From Eukaryota sp. TZLM1-RC (taxonomy: Eukaryota > Protista > Metamonada: BaSk clade), in the NCBI GenBank assembly GCA_040285825.1, contig JAUPSS010000002.1, positions 806,001 to 870,000 of the forward strand: a stretch of DNA of 64,000 nt. Reading direction: 5' to 3'. Shown here in pieces: positions 1-10,635 of the stretch (position 1 is the stretch's first letter; each line of letters starts with the position of its first letter). The notes under the pieces are model-generated. The model worked only from the letters and a program-made list of their open reading frames with translations. It had not been told where the DNA came from and did no database searches. Made by a program: the position numbers and the translations under genes.

Positions 1-65
1 TTTTTGGTGACAATAACAATAAGACCACAAATTTAAAGCATCATCGATCAAGTTGAGGAATTGGT
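1..65 (+). pseudogene. Fanzor1 internal fragment (FGD...LKHHR region)
   Basis: Nucleotide similarity to 5421-5485; translates FGDNNNKTTNLKHHRSS* versus FGDIGNKRKKLKHHRPSRG in the Fanzor at 4270-5830. Confidence 0.5.
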
Positions 66-950
66 GAAAGTTGTTAATATGTTTGGAGGAAGCCTACAAA
101 AATGATCAAAATCCCTAAGCGATGACCCATCTTCAACAATAAGAAAGATCTCATTCTTGAGAATGATAGAAGATCCATTACCTAGCAAGGTAATCAATAA
201 CTTTAATTGCAACTATTTATGATTATATATATAAAGTCAATGACTAAAAGTGAGTCCTTTGTGATTCTGCAAATAATGAGCACCTATTTTGATGATATAC
301 CTGACAATTTTCTCACTTCGTTTCTTTGCTTTCAGTAACTTTCCTTGATTTAGTTGATTCTCTCGATTTTTCAAATTGCACTGTTCCAACAATCTTGATT
401 TCGATTCCTGTATTTCAAATTCTAGTTCCTATCATCTCCACATAATACTATAGGTCTATCATTTTTACGGAACTTAGCCTTCCATGATTGCTAAAATATT
501 GATGTCTGCAAGATCCTTATCTTACCAAATTTTTACCTGAAACATCGGCGTAGTCCCCAAAGAATTGAAAATTCGGCTACTGTTGATTTTGGTTTCTTCA
601 TATTTGGATCTATAATACTTTTCAACTGCTTTATACCACCAATTCAAGTATTTTTTCCGGCCTCTCAGCAAAGTTTGACGCGTCTGTGCCTACTTGTGTC
701 ATTTTGTGGGCAGTATTTACTGTAAATTTTTAGAAAACCTCAAGGTAGTTTGTGGGGACTACTGTATGTACAGGAAGGGGTAATTGTTATTAGATAGTTG
801 TTTTTAAATTTTTTTATTCAATTCATTTTAAGTAGACAGCTACTTTGATAGTATTTATCATTTTGTGGAATAAATTAAATCAAATAAAAAATTTATCATT
901 AATCAAAATCCTTTACTTTAAATACGCGTATTTTAAAAACAGGACAATAG

Positions 951-1845
951 TAGAGCTTTTAAATGACATTTAAATGACGCGTCTAGACTTGAAAATGTTA
1001 TGTCGACGTGACGTGACATGAAAAAAACCATGTTGACTTGAAGTCATGTCACATCATGTCACGACCTATCATGACTTAAACTTTTATAATTTCATAATAA
1101 AAATTGAAGCAATAGTCCTCCTTCTTCTCATGAGTTCCAGAAGATTTTACCAAACCACTACTATTTCCTCCAACCAAAAGATCTTCAAACTACATTAATG
1201 TTGATTCTGATGAATACACTATCGACGTTCCTGTATTCAACCCTTTACTCCTGTTTTTGAAAGTTCACCGATCTCTTCTTCATGTCAATGCCGTTTCTCC
1301 TATTTCCAAGTCTCGTCCATTGATATTACATGTTCCCATTTTTTTGCTGAAAATGAAAAGGGTTCCATTCGGTGCTTTTGGTGTGAAAATGAAAAAGTTT
1401 CAAAAATTTATAAACGAATCAACACTGATATAATGAGAACTGACATGAACAAACACCATTCCAGCTGGAATAATTCTAAGAGTCAGCTAATGTTGCCTGG
1501 TTCCCCTGTACCTGCGCTGAAAATTGCAGTACTTACAACTGATCAACAGGATCAGTTTGATCAACTACTCATTGAATGGTTAGTAGTGGATCACATGCCT
1601 TTATCAGTTGTTTATAGTCCAAGGTTCAGAAAACTGTTGAAATTTTCAAATAATTCTGTTTCAATAAAGTCAAGAAATACTAAACGCAATAATATTCTGG
1701 AACAATTTGAACAATGTCCAAGTAAAGTCACAGAATTTTTGATGAACAATGATTTCAAAATTTCCGTTGCATGTGTATTAGAGACATGAGGAGGCCACAC
1801 ACCATTTTTGGGTATTACTGCGCTCATTTTACGACTGATTTCGGG
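951..1845 (+). mobile_element. hAT DNA transposon remnant (BED zinc finger + transposase N-half, pseudogenised)
   Basis: BED-like HF..C-x2-C..HH around 1335-1460; ORF 1433-1789 LIEWLVVDHMPLSVV..PRFRKLL..SRNT; PFLGITA(fs)HF after a stop; clustered TGAC/GTCA subterminal motifs at 960-1077. Confidence 0.7.
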
Positions 1846-2240
1846 TGGTCTTAGAGACTTCAAGGCTTTTTCAACATTGGGTGGGTATTTGTATTGGGTG
1901 CTAATAAGCAAATATTCCCAGATATCGGCATCAGATGGGTTGTTGCCTAACACATTTGTTCCGCCTCCATAAAAACTTTGCTATTTTGCGATAATCTTAC
2001 CCTCAAACATAAATCTCTAATATAAAGGGTTTACTTCGAAAAACATTGATTTAACGAAGTCGTACTGATGAGCAGGTTGACCATATTTGAAGATCGGAGT
2101 AAATGCTCTGGTGGGTCCATCGCGATTCCTAACCGTTTTTGCCCAATTGCCAAAGTCAAGTACGAAGTCGAAGATCTTTTTTACGTCAAACGCTTTGTTT
2201 AACTTAACTATACATCTAAGTTTGTCGTCTATTCTTTGCC
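1846..2240 (-). pseudogene. gag-like relic related to the Ty3/gypsy ORF at 31922-32617
   Basis: Minus strand reads FKYGQPAHQYDFVKSMFFEVNP...KII...PSDADIWEYLL...P, matching KKIGVPVHSYDLFRSVLSTVNP...KII...PTDAEILLLL...P; internal stops. Confidence 0.5.
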
Positions 2241-2253
2241 TCGATTTCTCCTA

Positions 2254-2317
2254 AATGAAAATCATCAGTATCTGTGTGGTAGATAGTTTTTGTAATTATT
2301 CCGCACGAAAATTGATC
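2254..2317 (+). mobile_element. Solo Fanzor 3' end (last codons + putative omegaRNA scaffold), B/C family
   Basis: cagtatctgtgtggtagatagtttttgtaattattccgcacgaaaattgatc is near-identical to 9889-9940 and to the reverse complement of ~11811-11862. Confidence 0.8.
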
Positions 2318-2345
2318 CATTCAATTCAACTCTATCTACTCTTAA

Positions 2346-3491
2346 ATGTCACAGAGTGTTTCCCTGTCACCCAATTGTTTAAATATTGAAATATCCCTTC
2401 TGCCCAATGTTATTCACTCCATGAAACAAATTTGTTCAACATTGTCATCCTGTCAGTGGCATTATCTTATCGGCAAAGGGTCTATGCACTCTGTGTCGAT
2501 TAAGTGCTCCGTGATCTGTAGTGATTTCACCATCACCCCATTTCCTTGTTCTAACTCAACACTCCTCAGACATTTACGTACCGATTTGAGAGAATCTGAT
2601 GTCAAATCATTAATAGCAATACCGATCTTACTATCAAGCTCACATGACTATTCTACATCATGGCCACTGCCTCAACCATGTCTCTCACCGTCCCATAATT
2701 TTTTGGATTGTTTATTTCTGCAGGGCTTTTGTCATATTCACAACAGACGCCTTACAGTCTCGTTTGATGCCGTGGGACCTTTTGTCAATGGAACACTTTC
2801 AAAATCACAAGATCCAATCACACCCAGGCGTTTTCCTGCGTCCTATAACGTTACTCTAACATCTACATCACCAATAATTGTTGAGATCAACTCATACACC
2901 ATACCCAGTCCTGTTCAGTTCTATATTGCATTGTGTTTCATGAGTCAGAGCTGTGAGAGCAGCGCGGAGGTTGTTGTAAACCTTGCCAAGAACAGAAAAT
3001 CTAGGAAGTTGGTATTTCAGTTGGAAAAAAAGGGTTGTGACTTTGTCTTGAGGGGATCTTCAACGGTGGTTGCTGATACGGAATGTTTGGTGGCACTTGA
3101 TGCTCTTTCTGTACTTGAAAGATCTTCCACTAATCATTTTGATGAATATCTGGAGGAAGTTGCCGATCACCCAGACAACAACTCCTTTCGTGATGATGGC
3201 TCTTTCCTTGCCTCTGATATGGAGAGCGTTTCGTTTATATCGTCCATCAATGATGCACCACTCTCCATACCCCGAGAACCTTCAATGAAACCATTATCAA
3301 CACAGAGAAGGGTTGATATTAGGTCAAGATCGTTACTATTTCCTCAAAATAATGCAAAATCCCAATCTAATGATGTGAGGAGAATTTTTGAGTATTTTAA
3401 TAAAGAATTGACCAAGATAAATGAGAATTTATTACCAGAAGTTCAACAAAACCTTTCAATTTTTTGTTCACAATTGCGTAATAAATCTTGA
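2346..3491 (+). CDS. Hypothetical protein (381 aa), short C-terminal coiled coil
   Basis: Long uninterrupted ATG-started ORF, convergent with the next gene across a 77-nt gap; no family recognised. Confidence 0.7.
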   Translation: MSQSVSLSPNCLNIEISLLPNVIHSMKQICSTLSSCQWHYLIGKGSMHSVSIKCSVICSDFTITPFPCSNSTLLRHLRTDLRESDVKSLIAIPILLSSSHDYSTSWPLPQPCLSPSHNFLDCLFLQGFCHIHNRRLTVSFDAVGPFVNGTLSKSQDPITPRRFPASYNVTLTSTSPIIVEINSYTIPSPVQFYIALCFMSQSCESSAEVVVNLAKNRKSRKLVFQLEKKGCDFVLRGSSTVVADTECLVALDALSVLERSSTNHFDEYLEEVADHPDNNSFRDDGSFLASDMESVSFISSINDAPLSIPREPSMKPLSTQRRVDIRSRSLLFPQNNAKSQSNDVRRIFEYFNKELTKINENLLPEVQQNLSIFCSQLRNKS

Positions 3492-3568
3492 TGTTTTTTA
3501 TAAAGGATTTCTTAATTACATGTATTGATATTGTGAGAGAAATGAATGAACGTTGATAAAATTGACTT

Positions 3569-3874
3569 CTATTGCTGCTCTGATCGTTTAGCAACATGGG
3601 TGGTGGCGGTTTCGTGTATCTTCGTCAGACGTTCTTGGACATAAAGTAAGGTCCGTGACATTGAGTCAACTCTGCTTTTGATCCCACTGAGCTTTGATGC
3701 ATAGTCTGAGAGATTAGGAAGATTACTGATATCAAGGTTGCTCAAGGCAAGTGTTAAAGTCTCTATTTGTTGTTGTAGTGCAGATTGACTCTGCTGCGCA
3801 GCATCAGTTGCGTGTTCTAACGATTTCACATTGTCAGTAAGTTGCGTCTTGAGGTAGGTGTGTAGCACTTCCAT
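3569..3874 (-). CDS. SNAPIN: Snapin/Pallidin-family BLOC-1/BORC subunit (Snapin-like)
   Basis: 101-aa coiled coil with SQ..L..QI..L...L..YASKL..IK.RV..M...L..VQERL.KI pattern typical of Snapin. Confidence 0.7.
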   Translation of the reverse strand: MEVLHTYLKTQLTDNVKSLEHATDAAQQSQSALQQQIETLTLALSNLDISNLPNLSDYASKLSGIKSRVDSMSRTLLYVQERLTKIHETATTHVAKRSEQQ

Positions 3875-3914
3875 TCTTGACAGATATTGTCTATAACAAT
3901 GAAATAAGTGTCCT
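3875..3914 (-). repeat. 40-nt element abutting the ATG, shared with the DBP2 upstream sequence
   Basis: 35/40 identical to 24907-24945; both copies end exactly at a start codon. Confidence 0.85.
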
Positions 3915-4269
3915 CAAACAGAAAAACTGAACATTTCGATCATATCTCTTCCATAGCCTTGTACCTAAATTTTTCCGTTTTCTACAGTTGAAACAACAAC
4001 AATTGGTTGGAAAAACATCTATTAAGAGACCATATAACCACCCTTCTATCCAAAATTCTTAAATCTTTTGAAATGAAATTGAGTTCAATTTTCATTTTGT
4101 TTAGTCTACCCTGTAATTCATATAAAGATATTCAGCATGTAATTGAACATCGATAATTTCAACTAAATTAGCAAATTTTCAAACAAAAATAGACGAATTA
4201 AACAAATATCGTCAAATATGTGTAAAAATTTTAGGAGAATTTTGATAATGAACTTAGTAGAAATGACAT

Positions 4270-5830
4270 AAGAAAGAAGAATGGCCTATTGAATTTCCTT
4301 TCTTTACACCAAGAGACCATTTCATATAAAATAAATGAAAAGTAAATGAAAACCGTAACGATGAAAGTGGTAATAGCTGAATAGTTCACCATAGTTGATT
4401 GAATTACTGATTTAATATTTGTAGAAGATTCTGCCTCAGAATAATTAGTCTTGATCCATTGATGTTATAATTCTTGAACTAGAAGCTGCTTCTTAATAAA
4501 ATATAATCTGAGCGAATACAAAAATATCCCCAATCTTTTATCAAATCAGCTATCAAGATAAATAAATATATAGAAGAAGCTGAGGGAAAAACATTTAATA
4601 CTATTCCAATTGTACGTCATGAAACTCCTGGATTTTTCGAAGTTGATAGCCAAGGACTATGGGGTATTTTGTGTTCTTTTTTTACAAATGATGAAATTAA
4701 TGACAAGAAAAATAATTCGGAGTGGAAATCAATAGCTGACATTCGACATTTGAGTCCAGAAGAACAAATTTTATTTTGGTCATATTTTTTTGATTTTAAT
4801 GGACCATTTACTAAAAAAGGATATTAATTTAACAAAACCATTAAAATTGATGGTTTTGCAGCCTGTATTGAGCTAGCAAGAGAGGATTGTATTGGCATGT
4901 CATTCAAACATGATAGTACAATGTTTGCAACCACTGAAAACTATCTGGATGATTTGGGCGTTGAATTTCTGTCATCAAAACATATAGTACATATTGACCC
5001 TGGTAAAAGAGATTTACTTTATCTTTGTAGTCAATAAAGATTCAAACTTAATGCAGAAGACCAACTAAAAAGAGATAAACAATATGAATGACTGAGATTG
5101 ACAGAGTTGGAGTGGTCAAGGGTATCGAGAGTTCACCAAAAATTCAGAAAATTGAAAAAAAGTTTATTTTACAAAATGGAATCACAGTGGAAGAAACAGA
5201 AGCTACATTATCAAAAGAATCATCAAAATCTTGTATTTATAATATTTTCTATTCTTATGTTGCTTCCAAGCTGACAAACATGACATTTACATTTGACTAC
5301 TACTGTTTAATGATATGGCGCATTCAAAAATGCAAAGATATGTCCATCATCAGAAAACAGAGGCTAAGTTATTAAAAAGAATGGCTGAAAAGCAATGGAA
5401 GCAAGAAGACACTATCCTAATGTTTGGTGACATTGGCAATAAGAGAAAGAAATTGAAGCATCATCGACCAAGTAGAGGAGTTGAATGGAGAAATTTCTTT
5501 AAGAGAAATGGTTATACAGTAAGTTTAGTTGGAGAGAGAAACACATCTTCAAAGTGTTTAACTTGTTATAACCCAGTAAATGTATTTCTATATGTTGAGA
5601 ATCCTAGACCATGGTTGAGAGAGAAGTGCCCTACTGTGAAATGTCATGCTTTGTTAAGATGTCGATCTGAAGTTTGTAGAGAAGAATGCGATGGAAAGGA
5701 TAAGATGGAATCGTAACAACATCAAGGCAATTGTAGATTATTTTGTAGAGGATAGTGTTGGTGATAGGCCTCCATATCTGTCATAAGTGTAGCTTTTTAC
5801 TACAGTGAATCTATTGCATTTTTGGTTTTT
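4270..5830 (+). pseudogene. Fanzor1 (TnpB-derived RNA-guided nuclease), copy A, degenerate
   Basis: FNKTIKIDGF; RuvC-I IVHIDPGKRDLLY (~4985-5025); FGD...HHRPSRG; RuvC-II region VGERNTSSKCLTC; HALLRC; WNR; RPPYLS* (stop 5784-5786). Multiple stops and frameshifts; 5' boundary approximate. Confidence 0.85.
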
Positions 5831-5852
5831 CCCACTAATTCCTGTCTTTGAA

Positions 5853-6608
5853 ATGACTACACAGCCTTCCGTCAGTAGAGGAGTTCTAACTCGCTCGATG
5901 CGAAGGAAATTGGAACAACAATCACCATCACTACAAACTGACACATCCGAACCTCGATCACCCATGCCTTCACGACTCAAAACACCTAAAACACCTAAAA
6001 CACGGGTAAATAAAGTATACAATTCTATGAAACCTCCTAATGAAAACACATCTCCTCAGTCCTCTCGTGAATCTCCCTTTCCAGGAAAGACAAGTACTCT
6101 CAATCAAACAAGTTCTCTCAGTGACGACTCTGACAATTCTGTCTTCTCTGATGATTCTTCGGTGTCCTCGCCGTCAGTTTCCTCACCGAGTGCCACCGTT
6201 ACGGCAACATCACCTAGCACTACAATAACAAGTGTTCCTGGTACACCAGTTGGTTTTCAAGTTGAAACAACAGAGAGCCTATCCCCTATCTCTAAGAGCA
6301 AACAATCGCAGAAGGAAGTTGTTCAAAGTCACCAAGCCGAATCTGTCCAAGGTAGATCATTGGTTACCCGCATTACTTTATCCATCTTGCTCTTCATGTT
6401 TTGTACTAATTTGGCGATTGTTGTTCTTGCGAAAACTAACCCAAACCTTGTACTATTCAAAAATCCTTTTTTGTTGAGACATTTGCAGTTTCTTGATCAC
6501 TATCTTGATTTTGTACATTCATTTTCCACTCCTTATTGTCAGAAACTTTTACTCTTTTTCCAATTTTTGTTCAATGCTGTGAAGGACACTATTGATTCGT
6601 GGAGATAG
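5853..6608 (+). CDS. Ser/Thr/Pro-rich protein with C-terminal transmembrane segment
   Basis: First ATG at 5853; basic N-terminus (LTRSMRRK), disordered middle, hydrophobic ITLSILLFMFCTNLAIVVLA. Confidence 0.7.
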   Translation: MTTQPSVSRGVLTRSMRRKLEQQSPSLQTDTSEPRSPMPSRLKTPKTPKTRVNKVYNSMKPPNENTSPQSSRESPFPGKTSTLNQTSSLSDDSDNSVFSDDSSVSSPSVSSPSATVTATSPSTTITSVPGTPVGFQVETTESLSPISKSKQSQKEVVQSHQAESVQGRSLVTRITLSILLFMFCTNLAIVVLAKTNPNLVLFKNPFLLRHLQFLDHYLDFVHSFSTPYCQKLLLFFQFLFNAVKDTIDSWR

Positions 6609-7134
6609 GATGTTTGTTTTTGTTGTAATAAAGTGTACTATTGAGATTGTTTTTCAGAAGCCTAATTTGTTGAATAGTCAACTTAATTACATTAGAGTCT
6701 ATAAGATCCATCTGTAAATCAGATTATATAAATAATAGGCACTGAAGTCAATAGCTTTTCTTTTAAATACAAGTGGCAATGCTCATTCAGGTACAAAAAA
6801 TTTAACATCTTCTATGTGTCTTTGCAGAGATGTTGTTTTACTACAAATCTATTGTATCTTGAAATGAAATAACATATATAGAATTTAAAAAATGAATTGA
6901 CTCTTCTGATGTGTCACAGAATTGTGCACATAATTGTAAGGTCTTATCCTTTATCAATTCCTCTATACCCAACCCTCTTTTCGCCCCTAGACAGCTATCA
7001 GGTGGCTACTGCTAATGGTGGCTATCCAAAGGATTTTTTGTGGATCATGGTTCTCCTCAACAACAAACGTGGTTCTAAAAAATATTTCGTCAATTAGGGT
7101 TGTTGAGATGTAATACTTGACACCAACCGTACAT

Positions 7135-7812
7135 ATTGAATTTGCACACTTAATTAAATTAACTCATAACTAATGGGACGACTATCATTGAACCAAGATT
7201 TCCTCTATAAAATCTTGATCTGCTTGCTGTCTAGCTAAAGCTTCTCTTATTCGATTGAAAAACCGAGGTAATCTAATAATAATGGCAAATTGAATCCGTG
7301 AACGCCAAAAAAATATCAAATCTTTTCATTGTTTTTTCTTGCACCATTTTTTGGAAGTCATTCAAAAAAGTTTCTGCTTCAACTGATAATCTTCCATTTA
7401 TCGAAAATGGGAAAGCAATAAAAACCAGCTGTGTATTTCTATCGACATTAGCCTCTTCAATATCTTCATCATATTTTCTATGTTTCTCTTTTTCTTTAAA
7501 ATCCAGAGCAGTTACAGGATTAAGTTTTCTTCTGTGACCCAAAGTATCATTTGCAACATTACATGAGACAAAGTCAACAATAGCTTCAGAATTATCAATC
7601 CGATCACAGTATACATCACCTCTATCATCAGAACCAAAATTATTCAGAGAAAGTGTTTCCTTCAGCAGGGGCTCTTTGATACACGATATTCTTGCAGTTT
7701 GTGCCATATTGAAAACAGTGTCTCTAACAGCATCATGTAATGAAGAACGATAAGTTATCAATTTAGAGCAATTCAGAGCATGGTGCAAAGTGAGTTGAGG
7801 TGAATTCGAACA
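7135..7812 (-). mobile_element. 5'-truncated CRE-like RLE non-LTR retrotransposon, family 1
   Basis: Near-identical to the 3' end of 53029-56365; C-x-C..HALNC, HDAVRD, RGDV, KEKHRKY endonuclease motifs. Confidence 0.9.
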
Positions 7813-7999
7813 GTACACAATTCAATCACACACATTTGTTGTGACTATTCATGCACTTGTTCTCTTATTTGATAGCATAAATACTGATTGTTTGTTTTAT
7901 TGACATGACAATCTGCTGAAAATGTCCAATAAATTATCCCAAATTACGAAATTCAAACCACCTCAGCAATTTGATTTTTGGTCTAATATACTCGATTTA

Positions 8000-9966
8000 A
8001 AAACACGTTAATCGATTTATTAATGTTTATTTTGACAAGCCAGATGTGGAAAATGTTTTATCAGAAATGCACAAACTGGGTAGTTAATCAACGGGATTAT
8101 CTACAATTATTTCACTATATAGATTTAGGCTTCGTCAATTCAAAAACTGGTTTTTAGTTGATGATAGAGATTGGTTGAGTTCTTTGTTTCATCATACAGA
8201 AAATATTTCAGACCTTCTGAATGATGAATTTTTCGATTTATGTGAACAACATGATATAAGAGATAATGAACTTAGAGACATATTTGAAGGTCTTATTGAG
8301 CCATTCACTTGTCAAATTGAGAATTTGGTCACTGGCGAGAATTTAATTGACAACATATTTCCAGTGGATATATATTTTCTTGCAGACGCTGTTGAAAAAG
8401 ATCCTCAATAATTCCTAAAACCAGCAATTACAATTGCCCAGTATATTTCCAGTAGAGAGCCAAAACCTTATCATATTTCTCCTGTTTCAACCACTGTAGG
8501 CCCTGGATATTTTCCTATTGATACAAGAACAATATGGACAATTATTAGACAAACATTGATGGACGATTTGTTGCCTGATCAGAGTTTAAAAACGGTCAAT
8601 ACACAAGCCCAAGTTCATAGATTCAAACCACCTCAGCAATTTGACTTTTGGTCTAATATTCTCGATTTAAACCAACCAATGTTCAAACAGAAGAGCTATA
8701 AATTCAACAACATTATCCACACAGATGGATTTAATATTGCAGTAGAATTTGTTCGTCGGGATTTGCAAGGTCAGAAATGTAAGCCAGACAACAAGGCTAG
8801 TATTTCTGATTTATATATTGATGATGTTGATGTTGATGCTTTTCAAGACAAACGAATTGTTGTTTGTGATCCTGGAAAACGTGATTTATTGTATTTTGGG
8901 AGCAAAAAGACTGATGAAGAACTAGCCATGGTGCCTGAACATGAAACTGAACAGCAAAGATATAGTCGGGTGATGAATCAAGACAAGAAGTACAAATGGT
9001 TGAGAATGACTCAGATGTCCTGGTCTTTGAAAAGTAGGATGAATGAAAAGCAAAAACGATGGGCGCTAAAGTATACTGAGGTAGATTCCGACAGGAACCA
9101 AATGATAGAGTCTAACGAAATGACAATCGAAGATGCAAACACCGAATTATCCGCGTTTGCTGCGAATTAAGCAACTTTTATAGATTTTTCCAATTTTGTG
9201 GTTGCCAAACTTCGGCAAGTTTTTTTGACAATTGACTTTTACAGTCTTGACTTGTGGAGCATTCATAAAATGCAAGCTTTTATTCACAAGCAAAAGACTG
9301 AAAGTTGGTTATTAAAAAATCTTGTGTAGCAGTTTGGCAATCCAAAAGACACTTTAATACTAATGGGTGATTATGGTAAAAAAGGTTCCAAGAATTCAAA
9401 ACATCATAGGCCTACTCGAGGCAATGGATGGATTCAATTTCTGAAAAGGAATGGATTTGAAGTGTTGATGATTGATGAAGCTTTCACTTCAGCAAAATGT
9501 CCTGTTTGTTTTGAAAAGGTTGCTACGTTTTTGAGAATCGCAAATCCCAGATTCTATAGTAGAGAAAAGACTCCTGTTACTACATGTCATGGTGTATTAG
9601 CTTGTATTAATTCTGCGAGCTCTACATATATTTTTTGTAACATCATTGTACATTCTAAATGGTCCATTACCAATCATATGAAACCAAGGTTCAGTTTCAG
9701 CCATATGTAACCAATAACCATTCACAACTTTGAACACAGAATGAAGATTATAAGCAATTGGATTTGATAAGTTTGAGAGTTGCAAACTCAGTAACAAAGG
9801 CTCAACAGAGCTTTTCAATAGAAATAAGCTGGCTTGTCTGAATATGTTTGCAATTGCTGAAGCCAGAATGAGTGGTAATGAAAGGCCTCAGTATCTGTGT
9901 AGTAGATAGTTTTTGTAATTATTCCACACAAAAATTGATCGTGTATTTATGGGAATTTCCCACAGA
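8000..9966 (+). pseudogene. Fanzor1 copy B with 3' end/omegaRNA region
   Basis: IIHTDGF; RuvC-I VVCDPGKRDLLY; GDYG..HHRPTRGNG; RuvC-II IDEAFTSAKCPVC; HGVLAC; FNRNKLACLN; RPQYLCSR* (stop 9907-9909); ~160-nt insertion at ~9607-9770. Confidence 0.9.
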
Positions 9967-10002
9967 TAATAAAATAGAATACTTTTTCATTCCTTTTTTA
10001 AC

Positions 10003-10563
10003 ATGCAAAAACCTACTTTAACATTCTGTACATCCAATTCTAACAAATTGAAGGAGGTCCAAGAGATCCTAGGAGATCGGTACAACATTGTAAATGACAC
10101 TACTGATCTTCCAGAACTTCAAGGAGCATGTCCCGAAGAAATCACACGTCAAAAGCTACTTCAAGCGATTTCAGCCGGAATCCCGTGTCCTCTTATTGTT
10201 GAAGACACTTGCTTATGTTTCAATGCACTGGGTGGTCTTCCAGGACCTTACATCAAGTGGTTTCTAAAGAAGCTTGGACCAGATGGTTTAATAAAAATGT
10301 TGGCTGGCTTTGAGGACAAGACAGCTTTTGCTCAGTGTACATTTGGTTATTGCGAGTCTCCCGAGTCAGATCCAGTTCTCTTCATTGGAAAAACTCAAGG
10401 TGAAATCGCTTCTGAGCCTCGAGGGGTGACAACTTTTGGTTGGGATCCCATTTTTTATGTACCAGAATACAACCAGACTTATGCAGAAATGGACTCGGAA
10501 TTAAAAAATAAAATAAGCCATCGAGGCAAAGCTTTGGCAATTTTACAACAAAATTTGAAGTAG
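10003..10563 (+). CDS. ITPA: Inosine triphosphate pyrophosphatase (HAM1 family)
   Basis: TSNSNKLKE, DLPELQG, VEDTCLCFNALGGLPGPYIKWF, FGWDPIF, KNKISHRGKA. Confidence 0.97.
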   Translation: MQKPTLTFCTSNSNKLKEVQEILGDRYNIVNDTTDLPELQGACPEEITRQKLLQAISAGIPCPLIVEDTCLCFNALGGLPGPYIKWFLKKLGPDGLIKMLAGFEDKTAFAQCTFGYCESPESDPVLFIGKTQGEIASEPRGVTTFGWDPIFYVPEYNQTYAEMDSELKNKISHRGKALAILQQNLK

Positions 10564-10635
10564 ATTCACTGATTTTTGTGAAATCAACTATTAGTTATTG
10601 GTTTTTAGTGTTTTTTATTTGAAATATACTCTTAT

